NCBI RefSeq assembly: GCF_000829315.1
Contig: NZ_AP013028.1
Coordinates: 990,001 to 1,022,000, forward strand
Direction of reading: 5' to 3'
Length of the DNA stretch: 32,000 nt
DNA from: Wolbachia endosymbiont of Cimex lectularius
Lineage (GTDB): Bacteria > Pseudomonadota > Alphaproteobacteria > Rickettsiales > Anaplasmataceae
Position 1 is the stretch's first letter. Every line of letters begins with the position of its first letter. The notes under the pieces were generated by a model. It had not been told where the DNA came from, did no database searches, and was given only the letters and a program-made list of their open reading frames with translations. This document shows positions 20,469 to 29,692 of this stretch, one piece after another. The translations under genes and the position numbers were made by a program.

Positions 20469-23400
20469 ATGCAGTTACGCTTAGGCACATTTTGGTTTAG
20501 GTTACTACTTCTTGCAGCTTATGTGCTGATAACAGGTTGTAATAAGAACGATATGCCTTTTCCAAGGTGCATATCTGCTGATTATTTTGGCCCTGAACCT
20601 ATTACAGTTGGTGCTCATTTTCCAATCGGTCATGATGCGTTTTTTCCAGAAGGTGAAAGTGGAGAACCTATTGATCCTGAGACCGACGAAATCAATTATG
20701 GTTTTCACCCTAACCAAGTGGTGAAGTGGAAGGATACCGGATTCGAAACCAATGGAGATGATTTAATAGTACGAGTTAATGGTGCATGGACATCTTGGAG
20801 TAATGATAATAAGAAAGAATCTAAAGGCAGTTACAGTTTGCAAAGCTTGGAGCAGCTGAAATATGCAACCAAATTCGAAGGCAAACAAGGCGATAATAGC
20901 TTGCCTGACTTTCACTTGGTTTGCAATGATTATAAATCTAGTATGCAAAAATTTTCAAGTAGTTCTAGTACAAGTTGTACTGTAAACTGTAAGCGCATTA
21001 ATGAGGATGATGGCAAAAGCATAGTGTCACGTGGTGTTCCATGTTGGTTTACTAATGGTCATGGCGCTTACCTTCTGTTTAAAAAGCCGGGTGATAACAA
21101 CCCTAACGAAAGTTTGAAATCCATGCGCAATCCTCAATCTCACACTATACATCTAGGTTATAACTCTGTAGCAGAAAATGGAAGCGGGCTTTTTACTTTG
21201 AAAAAAGGCGAGAAAAAGTTAAAGGACAGAAATTGTAAACTACTGGAGTTAGAAAAGGGATGGAAAATATATGTAAAAATATTAGACAGATATTACTTAG
21301 ACAATGTAGGCGGCTACTCTTTTGAATTTTTGAGCGGAGTGCAGCAACCAAGTAGTTTTGGGTTTTTTGATTACGTTTATCACTACCTAAAGAGTGTATT
21401 GTTGATCAATAAAAACAGTGAAGGTGAACCTGCAGCCGCACAGGCTATGTTTCAGAATATAGCTGAAAAGAGTACAAGTTTTCATAATTTTGTTCTTTCC
21501 TTGCTTGTTCTATTTATAGTGATTTCATCGCTCCTTTACCTTTTTGGTATGATAAGAGAAACTAAGCATGATATGCTCGTCAGGATGATGAAAATCACTT
21601 TAGTAATAGTGCTTATATCTCCTGGAAGTTTTAAGTTTTTCTACGATCATTTCCTTACTTTGTTTGTTGAAGGACTTGAATATATGATAAATGTAATTAC
21701 TAGCTTTGCTCCTAATATGAATACAGATGCTAATTGGGACCCTGTCAAAGCTGGTGGGGACGCCCGTGTTAAATTGTTCAGCTTTATGGAGGACATGTTC
21801 AACAAGTTTTTTGCTTACTCTGTTTGGAAAAAGTTTGCAGCGTTTTTGCATTACCAAATGTGGGCAAGCATACTTATGATACCAGCAATTTTCATAGGGA
21901 TCGTTTTATATTTCCTGCTGTGTGTATATGCTTACATAATATTCCTTTCCGGTTTCGTGGGTATAGCTTTTCTTATAGCCATAATGCCACTGTTTCTAAT
22001 TTCTATCTTATTTTCACCGCTGAAAAGTCTATTTGAAGGTTGGATAAAATTCTGTATTAGTTTCTGTTTACAATCGATTATGATATTTGCCCTATTATCA
22101 TTGCTGGCTGCAATTATAATGAATACCTTTTATAGGCAGCTAGGTTTCACTGTATGCTACAATAAATGGTTTGAAATAAGATTGTGTGCTCCAAAATGGA
22201 TGTTTGGCGGTTTTTGTATCATTGATAAACAGTACTTTGGTTGGACTCCAGGACAAATTTTTGTACCTTACACTATCGGAGAGGCTTCCCCATTAAACGT
22301 AGACAAAAGCATAGAGGGCATAGAAAAACTAAGCAGAGCAGGTGGTACAATAAAATTCACTGGCGGTGCTGGATATATTCCTCTTCCACCGGATTACATT
22401 GGAAAAGGTTTCCGTTATATAGACTATCCCTTCTTTAACCCAGTTCCTGGTACTAAAGAAAATCCAGCAGACCATTATATAGCAGAAAGCGACATAGTGG
22501 TTAGTGGTAGTTGTAGTAAAAATGAGAAAAATCTAGTACACTTAACAAACAGTTTATCCCATGCATCAGAAAAGGCTGACATCTTATCGTTAATAGATAG
22601 TATAAACAATAAGATAGGTGGTGATGATATTAATAAAATAGTAGAACACCACTGTCAAGATATAAACAAGTGCAGCAGTTACAGGGAAATAATAAATAAA
22701 ATAAGGGTTTTAGTGCAGAATATAATTAAGCGAAGTGTAAACTGCGAATTAAAGAATTTTCATGATGTAAATAAAAAGGAATATCAAGAAAATAGCGACT
22801 ACCAAAGGGTGCAAGACATACAGAGAGGTTATTTAATCAATGCGGGGGAAATCTTTGTATTATTCTTGCTTTCATTTTTAATGTTCTCCTTACGCGAGTT
22901 CGTACAACAAATGGGCTCAAGTATCGCTGGTGGTGGATTCAGCGTTTATAGTATATCTAAGATGTATGAAGCATCGCCTTTAGTTCGAATAATGGAAGGA
23001 TTAAAACGGTCTTATTGGCAAGATACAATTGGTGGAAGACTAGAGTCTTTAGGCAGTTGGGCTACTCATTTACCGGATAGATTAGCCGGAGGTACGGCTA
23101 ATCTACTGGGCAGGATACCACGAGTTGGAGGTGTGTTGAAATACGCTATTGATGTGCCACGTAAATTTGTAGGTGCTACTATCGAAGCAACAAAATTTGC
23201 AACATCGCCTGAAAATGACGTTGATAAACTTGAGGAAAAAATTTACAAGGCGTTTGGAGTTGACAAGGAAGATATTACGCATAGAAGAATTGGTAGATAT
23301 TTAGATTATTACAAAGGATATGTGGGGTCACATTTGGGCTATACAATAAAAGACGCTATGAAGTTTACTTGGGAACATAGTGTTGATTCTATAGGAAAGC

Positions 23401-23660
23401 ATAGCTATAATCATAACTTACTCTATAGAGCAAAATCGCATAGGCGAGAATTCTTGGACAAACTTCATGATTACACCATAGGGCGCAAAAGAAAGCCAGA
23501 GAGATATAAGGATGAAGGTAATAGTAGTCAACCAAGTGCGCCATCACCAAGGCCTAGTGAGCCAAATTCGAAGAAATCAGATGAGTTTTTGGGGGATTCA
23601 TTAAAAAGAAGTGTACCGGGTGAGCCAAGAGAAGGGAATGAGGATAGCGATGGAGACTAG
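20469..23660 (+). CDS. virB6: VirB6-family protein 4, putative lipoprotein signal and long C-terminal extension
   Basis: 1063 aa; lipobox-like YVLITGC-NKND; IMPLFLISILFSPLKSLFEGWIKFCISFCLQSIMIF; extended soluble C-terminus after the last TM. Confidence 0.92.
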   Translation: MQLRLGTFWFRLLLLAAYVLITGCNKNDMPFPRCISADYFGPEPITVGAHFPIGHDAFFPEGESGEPIDPETDEINYGFHPNQVVKWKDTGFETNGDDLIVRVNGAWTSWSNDNKKESKGSYSLQSLEQLKYATKFEGKQGDNSLPDFHLVCNDYKSSMQKFSSSSSTSCTVNCKRINEDDGKSIVSRGVPCWFTNGHGAYLLFKKPGDNNPNESLKSMRNPQSHTIHLGYNSVAENGSGLFTLKKGEKKLKDRNCKLLELEKGWKIYVKILDRYYLDNVGGYSFEFLSGVQQPSSFGFFDYVYHYLKSVLLINKNSEGEPAAAQAMFQNIAEKSTSFHNFVLSLLVLFIVISSLLYLFGMIRETKHDMLVRMMKITLVIVLISPGSFKFFYDHFLTLFVEGLEYMINVITSFAPNMNTDANWDPVKAGGDARVKLFSFMEDMFNKFFAYSVWKKFAAFLHYQMWASILMIPAIFIGIVLYFLLCVYAYIIFLSGFVGIAFLIAIMPLFLISILFSPLKSLFEGWIKFCISFCLQSIMIFALLSLLAAIIMNTFYRQLGFTVCYNKWFEIRLCAPKWMFGGFCIIDKQYFGWTPGQIFVPYTIGEASPLNVDKSIEGIEKLSRAGGTIKFTGGAGYIPLPPDYIGKGFRYIDYPFFNPVPGTKENPADHYIAESDIVVSGSCSKNEKNLVHLTNSLSHASEKADILSLIDSINNKIGGDDINKIVEHHCQDINKCSSYREIINKIRVLVQNIIKRSVNCELKNFHDVNKKEYQENSDYQRVQDIQRGYLINAGEIFVLFLLSFLMFSLREFVQQMGSSIAGGGFSVYSISKMYEASPLVRIMEGLKRSYWQDTIGGRLESLGSWATHLPDRLAGGTANLLGRIPRVGGVLKYAIDVPRKFVGATIEATKFATSPENDVDKLEEKIYKAFGVDKEDITHRRIGRYLDYYKGYVGSHLGYTIKDAMKFTWEHSVDSIGKHSYNHNLLYRAKSHRREFLDKLHDYTIGRKRKPERYKDEGNSSQPSAPSPRPSEPNSKKSDEFLGDSLKRSVPGEPREGNEDSDGD

Positions 23661-24270
23661 TAAAAAAAATTTCAAAGGTCTTGATTATTATAAACTGCAC
23701 CAGGACAAAGACGGTAGCATAAAGATAAGTGACTACGATGACATTTTAAATGCGCGTAGAGCAAGAGTAGACTTATTGCTGGATAACACTAAGCAGGATG
23801 ATATTAATCTTTCAAAGCTCAATAAGGCTCTTAGTGAGAAACTCGTGGATGATAGAGAATTGTTGTCTGAATTCGACAAGGAAGATCAAGAAATTGCTCA
23901 GGAAGAACTCAAGATGTTTAACATTTTAGACAACCTTGATAATCTTGCAAACATTAAAAGCGAAGATCTACTCGAGGTTAGTTTATTACTATCGGACCTT
24001 AGCTTCATAGAGAGAAATGTTGTACTGAATACCGATCAGAATTCTGATCTAGCAGGGTTTAAAGACTTATTTATCGAAAGAAAGGCATCTGGTGAGGAAT
24101 ATAGTGATGAAGAATGTCAAAGCTTTCTCGATAACATAGATAAAATCAATACTATAATTAAACTAGAGCTAGAAGGTAGGATTGAAGGGCTAAATCATGA
24201 TGAAAAAAATGACCGTGATGATTTACAAGATGAAATTGGTCGTGCAATAGGTACAATCAAAAAAAAGTAG
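23638..24270 (+). CDS. Hypothetical acidic helical protein, last gene of the virB3-virB4-virB6 cluster
   Basis: Supplied ORF starts at 23611 (overlapping virB6-4). The ATG at 23638 follows GAGAAGGGA. Sequence is coiled-coil-like (LDYYKLHQDKDGSIKISDYDDILNARRARVDLLLDN...), overlapping the virB6-4 3' end by 23 nt. Confidence 0.7.
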   Translation: MRIAMETSKKNFKGLDYYKLHQDKDGSIKISDYDDILNARRARVDLLLDNTKQDDINLSKLNKALSEKLVDDRELLSEFDKEDQEIAQEELKMFNILDNLDNLANIKSEDLLEVSLLLSDLSFIERNVVLNTDQNSDLAGFKDLFIERKASGEEYSDEECQSFLDNIDKINTIIKLELEGRIEGLNHDEKNDRDDLQDEIGRAIGTIKKK

Positions 24271-24305
24271 TCGACTGATTTTGTGTCTACAACTTTTTCC
24301 TGATG

Positions 24306-24845
24306 CCAATGGTAAATTAAAAAGTTTCCCTACGGTCAGATTAGCGAATTTATTATGTATCTTGTTTGATAACGAAAGTCGGTATAACCTTTATGCTTAA
24401 GAAATTCATTAAATAGAAAAAAAGCAAAAGAAACCCTAGTCGGTATTTATTTTTAGTATTGGCGTTTTTATGCCTTAAACGCTGCAATTTAGCTGCTTTT
24501 AAACACAACTAGTCTAAGCTATAATATTTAAGAAATTTACCAGACAGGAAAAAAAGACAATAAAAACCCCGAGGTAGCTAGTTATTTCACTCTCTATTTT
24601 AAAATCCGGCGTTGGGTGATGTCTTAAACGACTTATAAGCGCGTTTCAGCTTGTATGGGCAAAAACCCGAAGTTTTAAAAAGACATGCAGTGCACATAGT
24701 GCGAAAAATTAAACAATAGTACGCCAAATACAAGTTTTCTTGTCATTTTAACCTGTACAGATTGGGAAGTTAAACAAATAGCTTCACTACTATGATAAAA
24801 GGAATGGCGAAGGTTGTCAAGTAGTTTTTTTCGTCTCTATTGAGT
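24306..24845 (+). repeat. ~540 bp inverted repeat, left arm
   Basis: CCAATGGTAA...AAAGTTTCCCTAC...AGCGAATTTATTATGTATCTTGTTTGATAACG...ACTTATAAGCGCGTTTCAGCTTGTATGGGCAAAAACCCGAAGTTTTAAAAAGACATGCAGTGCACATAGTGCG...AAGTAGTTTTTTTCGTCTCTATTGA; reverse complement at 29122-29673. Confidence 0.93.
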
Positions 24846-24984
24846 AACGGCCGGATCAAATTGCAATGTTCATGCAGTTATACGCTTGACACTAGAACCT
24901 ATGGGGACTACTTTGATGGTATGGCAGGCTATAAACAAAGCTGTTAATTCTGCACAAAAATGTGTATGATAATTACAATAATAT

Positions 24985-25776
24985 ATGGAAAATATGGACA
25001 TAACTATACATTCACAGGAAGACTTTGAATTTATGCGAAAAGCTGGCCGGTTAGCAGCTGAAACTCTTGATTTCATTGCACCGCACGTAGAAGTAGGAGT
25101 AACAACTAATGAGTTAAACGATTTATGTCATGACTTTATAATCAAAGCAGGCGCAATTCCAGCACCATTGAACTATAGAGGGTATCCCAAATCGATTTGT
25201 ACTTCAAAAAATGCTGTTGTGTGTCACGGCATTCCTGATGATAAGCCGCTTAAGGATGGAGATATTGTAAATATCGATGTCACGGTAATTTTAAATGGCT
25301 GGCATGGCGACACAAGTCGTATGTTTTGGGCTGGTAAGCCGTCAATAAAAGCAAAACGCTTGTGTGATGCTACTTATGGCGCATTGATGGAAGCGATAAA
25401 GCAAGTTAAACCTGGTAATAAATTAAATGAAATTGGGCTTGCTATAGAGAAATATATTGAAGATTTTGGCTATTCTATCGTACGTAACTATTGTGGACAT
25501 GGTATAGGAAAAGTCTTTCATGCTCCGCCAAATGTGGTGCATTTTTATGATAAAGATGAAGATCTTGTCTTAAAGGAAGGCATGTTTTTTACAATAGAAC
25601 CAATGATCAACGCTGGAAAACATGAAACTCTGCTCAGCAAGCTAGATGGCTGGACAGTAACAACACGTGACCTTTCACTTTCTGCGCAGTTTGAGCATAC
25701 GCTTGGGGTAACAAAAAATGGTGTTGAAGTATTCACATTGTCGCCTAAGAATTGGCATTTCCCGCCTTATAACTAG
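24985..25776 (+). CDS. map: Methionine aminopeptidase type I
   Basis: 263 aa; FEFMRKAGRLAAETLDFI, YPKSICTSKNAVVCHGIPDD, GDIVNIDVTVILNGWHGDTSRMF, NYCGHGIGKVFHAPPNV, FTIEPMINAG. Confidence 0.96.
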   Translation: MENMDITIHSQEDFEFMRKAGRLAAETLDFIAPHVEVGVTTNELNDLCHDFIIKAGAIPAPLNYRGYPKSICTSKNAVVCHGIPDDKPLKDGDIVNIDVTVILNGWHGDTSRMFWAGKPSIKAKRLCDATYGALMEAIKQVKPGNKLNEIGLAIEKYIEDFGYSIVRNYCGHGIGKVFHAPPNVVHFYDKDEDLVLKEGMFFTIEPMINAGKHETLLSKLDGWTVTTRDLSLSAQFEHTLGVTKNGVEVFTLSPKNWHFPPYN

Positions 25777-25833
25777 ATTCTTTAAACTCAATGTACTTGG
25801 CGTACTGTACAGTTCCATGAATGGGACTGGAGG

Positions 25834-25927
25834 TATTTGTCAAGTAGTTTTTTTGTTTCTATTGGATGACGTTATAACTTTTTTCCACTTTCGTCTGTCC
25901 GCTTTCTTTGTAGTGGAGTTGGTATAA
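25834..25927 (+). repeat. ~95 bp repeat, copy of 6151-6246
   Basis: TTTGTCAAGTAGTTTTTTTGTTTCTATTGGATGACGTTATAACTTTTTTCCACTTTCGTCTGTCCGCTTTCTTTGTAGTGGAGTTGGTATAAC. Confidence 0.85.
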
Positions 25928-25979
25928 CTCCACTTGCTACGCAACAAAAGCACAGCTAGGGGCTTTTTAGATAAGATGC

Positions 25980-26435
25980 TTATGAATCACGACTTTTCTC
26001 CTCGTGTTCCACTTGTTCAACACTACCCTGCTTAACTTTACTGCTTATTACTTTCTCGTGCTTACCACCCATGCAAATTGTTTTTGCCTCATCTTCCGCT
26101 TCACTGTAGTATTTGTTTCGTGACCTTTTATATGCTTCGTACGCCTCCCTGTTTTCATATATAGGGTTGCTGATAGTTTCTATTTTTTCGGCTGTGAAAA
26201 CTTTTGCTAAAAACCTTCCTATAATTGGTATTGATTTCAAGAAATTCCTTAGCTTTGAAGGTTGTTGTCCTGTTTCTAGAAACCGTGTTTTAACAGTTTT
26301 TACAGAATACCTTTCATCATTAAAATTCGGAAATTTCCTTCTTGTCACTTGAATCTTTGACTCATTGGTTCCCTTAGGTCCTGGAGGTGTAGATGTTGCA
26401 GGTTTAACCTTAGTTTCATCATACTTTTTGCTCAT
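25980..26435 (-). CDS. Hypothetical basic protein, 151 aa
   Basis: Complete ORF in the map-asd gap with no competing long ORF; PLIFM-like hydrophobic stretch FLKSIPIIGRFLAKVF. No family recognised. Confidence 0.6.
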   Translation of the reverse strand: MSKKYDETKVKPATSTPPGPKGTNESKIQVTRRKFPNFNDERYSVKTVKTRFLETGQQPSKLRNFLKSIPIIGRFLAKVFTAEKIETISNPIYENREAYEAYKRSRNKYYSEAEDEAKTICMGGKHEKVISSKVKQGSVEQVEHEEKSRDS

Positions 26436-26574
26436 CTCTCACTTTACCACGTAATATTATTAATCTTGCATAAGAATAACTAAATTATGGTTAATTGCAA
26501 GGTAAAAATATTAAAACAATTGTAAATTTTGTCAGTGAAAATATAATATAACTTTAAGTCAGAGGTTCATCTAT

Positions 26575-27630
26575 ATGGGACATAAAATTGCTGTTGTTGG
26601 AGCAACAGGAAGAGTAGGACGCGAGGTGCTGAATATACTTGCTGAGTTTCAAGACGAAGAAAAAATTTCGATAGATTCTATTATCGTACTCGCATCAAAA
26701 AAATCAAAGGGAAAAAAGGTGAGTTTTGGTGATGAAGAACTAACTGTTTCATGTCTTGAAAATTGTGACTTTACTGGAGTCAATATAGCCATTTTCTGTG
26801 CTGGGACTCATGTTTCTGAAAAATATGTGCCAATTGCAACTGAGGCAGGATGCATTGTTATAGATAACAGTTTCCATTTTAGGATGAAAGAAGGTGTACC
26901 GCTGATCATTCCAGAGATTAACAAAGGAAAAATCATGGAATACAAAAACCACAACATAATATCCAATCCAAACTGTACTATAATACAGATGTTGCTAGTA
27001 CTGCACTTATTACACCAAAAAGCAAAAATAAAGAGAATTGTTGCTTCAACTTATCAATCGACCTCCGGCGCAGGCAAAGCAGCAATGGATGAACTTTATC
27101 ATCAGACAAAAAAGATCTTTATGAATGAAACCAAAAAACCCGAGGTATTTCCTAAGCAAATAGCATTTAACTGTATTCCTCACATAGGAGAATTCATGGA
27201 AGATGGTTCCACAAAAGAGGAATGGAAAATGCAAGAGGAAACAAAAAAAATCTTAGGAGAAGATATAAAAGTGACTGCAACTTGCGTGAGGGTACCCGTT
27301 TTTATTGGTCATGCTATAGCAGTGAATGTAGAGTTTTATCAGCCTATAACTGAAGAACAAGCTCGTAGAGTGCTAAGTGAAACCGAGGACAATGGAATTT
27401 TAGTGTATGATAGGCGCGAAGGTGGTGAATATACAACTCAAATTGATGTTGTACAGGAGGACGCTGTATATGTATCGCGTATTAGAAAAGACAACACCGT
27501 CGAACACGGATTAAACATGTGGATAGTGGCTGACAATCTGCGCAAAGGTGCAGCACTAAATATAGTGCAGATTCTGGAGATTTTGGCAAAGGAACACTGT
27601 AATTCCTGTACACCAAATGGCAGCGCGTGA
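26575..27630 (+). CDS. asd: Aspartate-semialdehyde dehydrogenase
   Basis: 351 aa; VVGATGRVGREVLNILAE, IISNPNCTIIQML (active-site Cys), STYQSTSGAGKAAMDEL, CVRVPVFIGHAIAVNVEF. Confidence 0.95.
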   Translation: MGHKIAVVGATGRVGREVLNILAEFQDEEKISIDSIIVLASKKSKGKKVSFGDEELTVSCLENCDFTGVNIAIFCAGTHVSEKYVPIATEAGCIVIDNSFHFRMKEGVPLIIPEINKGKIMEYKNHNIISNPNCTIIQMLLVLHLLHQKAKIKRIVASTYQSTSGAGKAAMDELYHQTKKIFMNETKKPEVFPKQIAFNCIPHIGEFMEDGSTKEEWKMQEETKKILGEDIKVTATCVRVPVFIGHAIAVNVEFYQPITEEQARRVLSETEDNGILVYDRREGGEYTTQIDVVQEDAVYVSRIRKDNTVEHGLNMWIVADNLRKGAALNIVQILEILAKEHCNSCTPNGSA

Positions 27631-27887
27631 TGCACGAATATTTTACATATGCTCAAGTTAAGGGAAAATAACAGCGGGAAGAGTTATTTCAATATTGAAT
27701 CAATTATGTTTTTTGAAAATTTGCCCTTAATTTAACGCGTATGGTTGTTGTATTTCTCTTGTTGATGTCCAGCCTATCCTGATTCCGTTACTTCTTTACG
27801 TGAGAGCAGTTTTGGTGAAATAATGAAAAATATTCTTTGCTAAACGCTTTAGATGCGCTACTTTTATCCATTAGTTAAAGATTTTAA

Positions 27888-29002
27888 ATGCTACTACCCT
27901 TTCTGTTGATCTTATCTTCGATTGCCAAGTTTATTGAAATTGATATTTCTGTACCTAGCTTTCTGGGTATAGTGCGCTATTTCAATGTGTCGGAAGATAC
28001 AATTTAATTAACTATTGCTTATAATTTCCTAGGTTTTTGCATAGGAGGGTTGTTTTTTGGTCCATGTCTGAATGCTATGGCAGGAGGAGAATTATGATCA
28101 TAGGTAACACTTTACTGCTCGTTGGTGCTGTTGGTTGTGTTTTTGCACCATCAGTTCTTTGGCTTTTAATTTCTCGCTTTATTCAAGGCATTGGTGTTAG
28201 CACATCTGTAGTTGTATTTGCAATCGTTGCAGATAGCTATAAAGGCGACGAAGCAGTGAAGTTTATCGGAGTCATGAATTCTGTTCTCACAGTTGTCATG
28301 GCAGTTGCACCGGTTTTGGGCAGTTTCATCAATGAAATTGTGGGATGGCGTGGCAATTATGCAAGTGTTGCAATACTTTGTTTAATCTCTTGGGTTTTGC
28401 AGCTTTTTCTGTTGCCGGAAACGAAAAAGGACCGCGATATCTTTAATTTGAAAAAAATGATGAAAGACTATGGGAAGCTATTATTGAGTTCAAAATTTAT
28501 GGCACTATCTTTGGTAATGAGCCTTTTTTCTGCTGCTTATATGTCATTTATCACTTGTGGACCTTTTTTATACATGGAGACTTTTGGCTTGTCTAGCGCT
28601 ATTTATGCACTACATCAAGGTGCAATAGTTGGATCCTTCTCACTCGTCAGTCTATTTACTGGCAAGATCTTACAAAAACTTGGGGCAATAAGGTGTATAA
28701 TTTATGGTACAGGTGTGGTTATTATCGGGTCTTTATTGCTTGTTATATTTAGTATAATCATGCCCAATTTTCCCTACTCAATAACACTATCAATGATTGT
28801 TTTCGTTATTGGTTGTGCAATTTGCCAGGCAGTGCTTTTTAATGCATCATTGAATGTTTTCCCTGAAATTAAAGGTACAGCTTCTTCTGCAGTTTCATTC
28901 ATCAGATCTTTTATCATGGCCGTTTTTATTGGCTTAACGAGCTGTGTTTATAATGGTCAAGCAATCAGTACAGCTATTCTTGTTTTGTCTGATCAGTACT
29001 AA
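27888..29002 (+). pseudogene. MFS drug-resistance transporter, Bcr/CflA-like, inactivated
   Basis: MLLPFLLILSSIAKFIEIDISVPSFLGIVRYFNVSEDTI*LTIAYNFLGFCIGGLFFGP then a frame change into ...MSECYGRRRIMIIGNTLLLVGAVGCVFAPS... TAA at 28005-28007; frame change near 28060; remaining ORF 28037-29002. Confidence 0.82.
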
Positions 29003-29121
29003 CATTTATTTTTACTGTTTATTTATTGCTTTTAAAAGATGCAGTATAAATGAATAACTCCACCCAGGTTTAAGTTCTTTTATACCTGTATATTCTACTA
29101 TATGTTCAGAAGCCACGGGAA

Positions 29122-29673
29122 TTCAATAGAAACGAAAAAAACTACTTGACAAATTCTTTCAATCCTTTTATCATGGTATTGAAGCTATTTGTTTAACTTC
29201 CCAATCTGTGCAGGTTAAAATGACAAGAAAACTTGTATTTGGCGTACTATTGTTTAATTTTTCGCACTATGTGCACTGCATGTCTTTTTAAAACTTCGGG
29301 TTTTTGCCCATACAAGCTGAAACGCGCTTATAAGTCGTTTAAGACATCACCCAACGCCGGATTTTAAAATAGAGAGTGGAATAACTAGCTACCTCGGGGT
29401 TTTATTGTCTTTTTTTCCTGTTTGGTAAATTTCTTAAATATTATAGCTTAGACTAGTTGCGTTTAAAAGCAGTTAAATTGCAGCGTTTAAGACATAAAAA
29501 CGCCAATACTAAAAATAAATACCGACCAGGGCTTCTTTTGCTTTTTTTTCTCTATTTGGTAAATTTCTTAAGCATAAAGGTTATATCAATTTTCGTTATC
29601 AAACAAGATACATAATAAATTCGCTAAATCTCTCATCGTAGGGAAACTTTTCAATTTGTCCTATTACCATTGG
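29122..29673 (-). repeat. ~550 bp inverted repeat, right arm
   Basis: Reverse complement of 24306-24845 with small indels (e.g. extra TAGGACA near the outer end). Confidence 0.93.
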
Positions 29674-29692
29674 GATTTGGTATAAGATAGAC

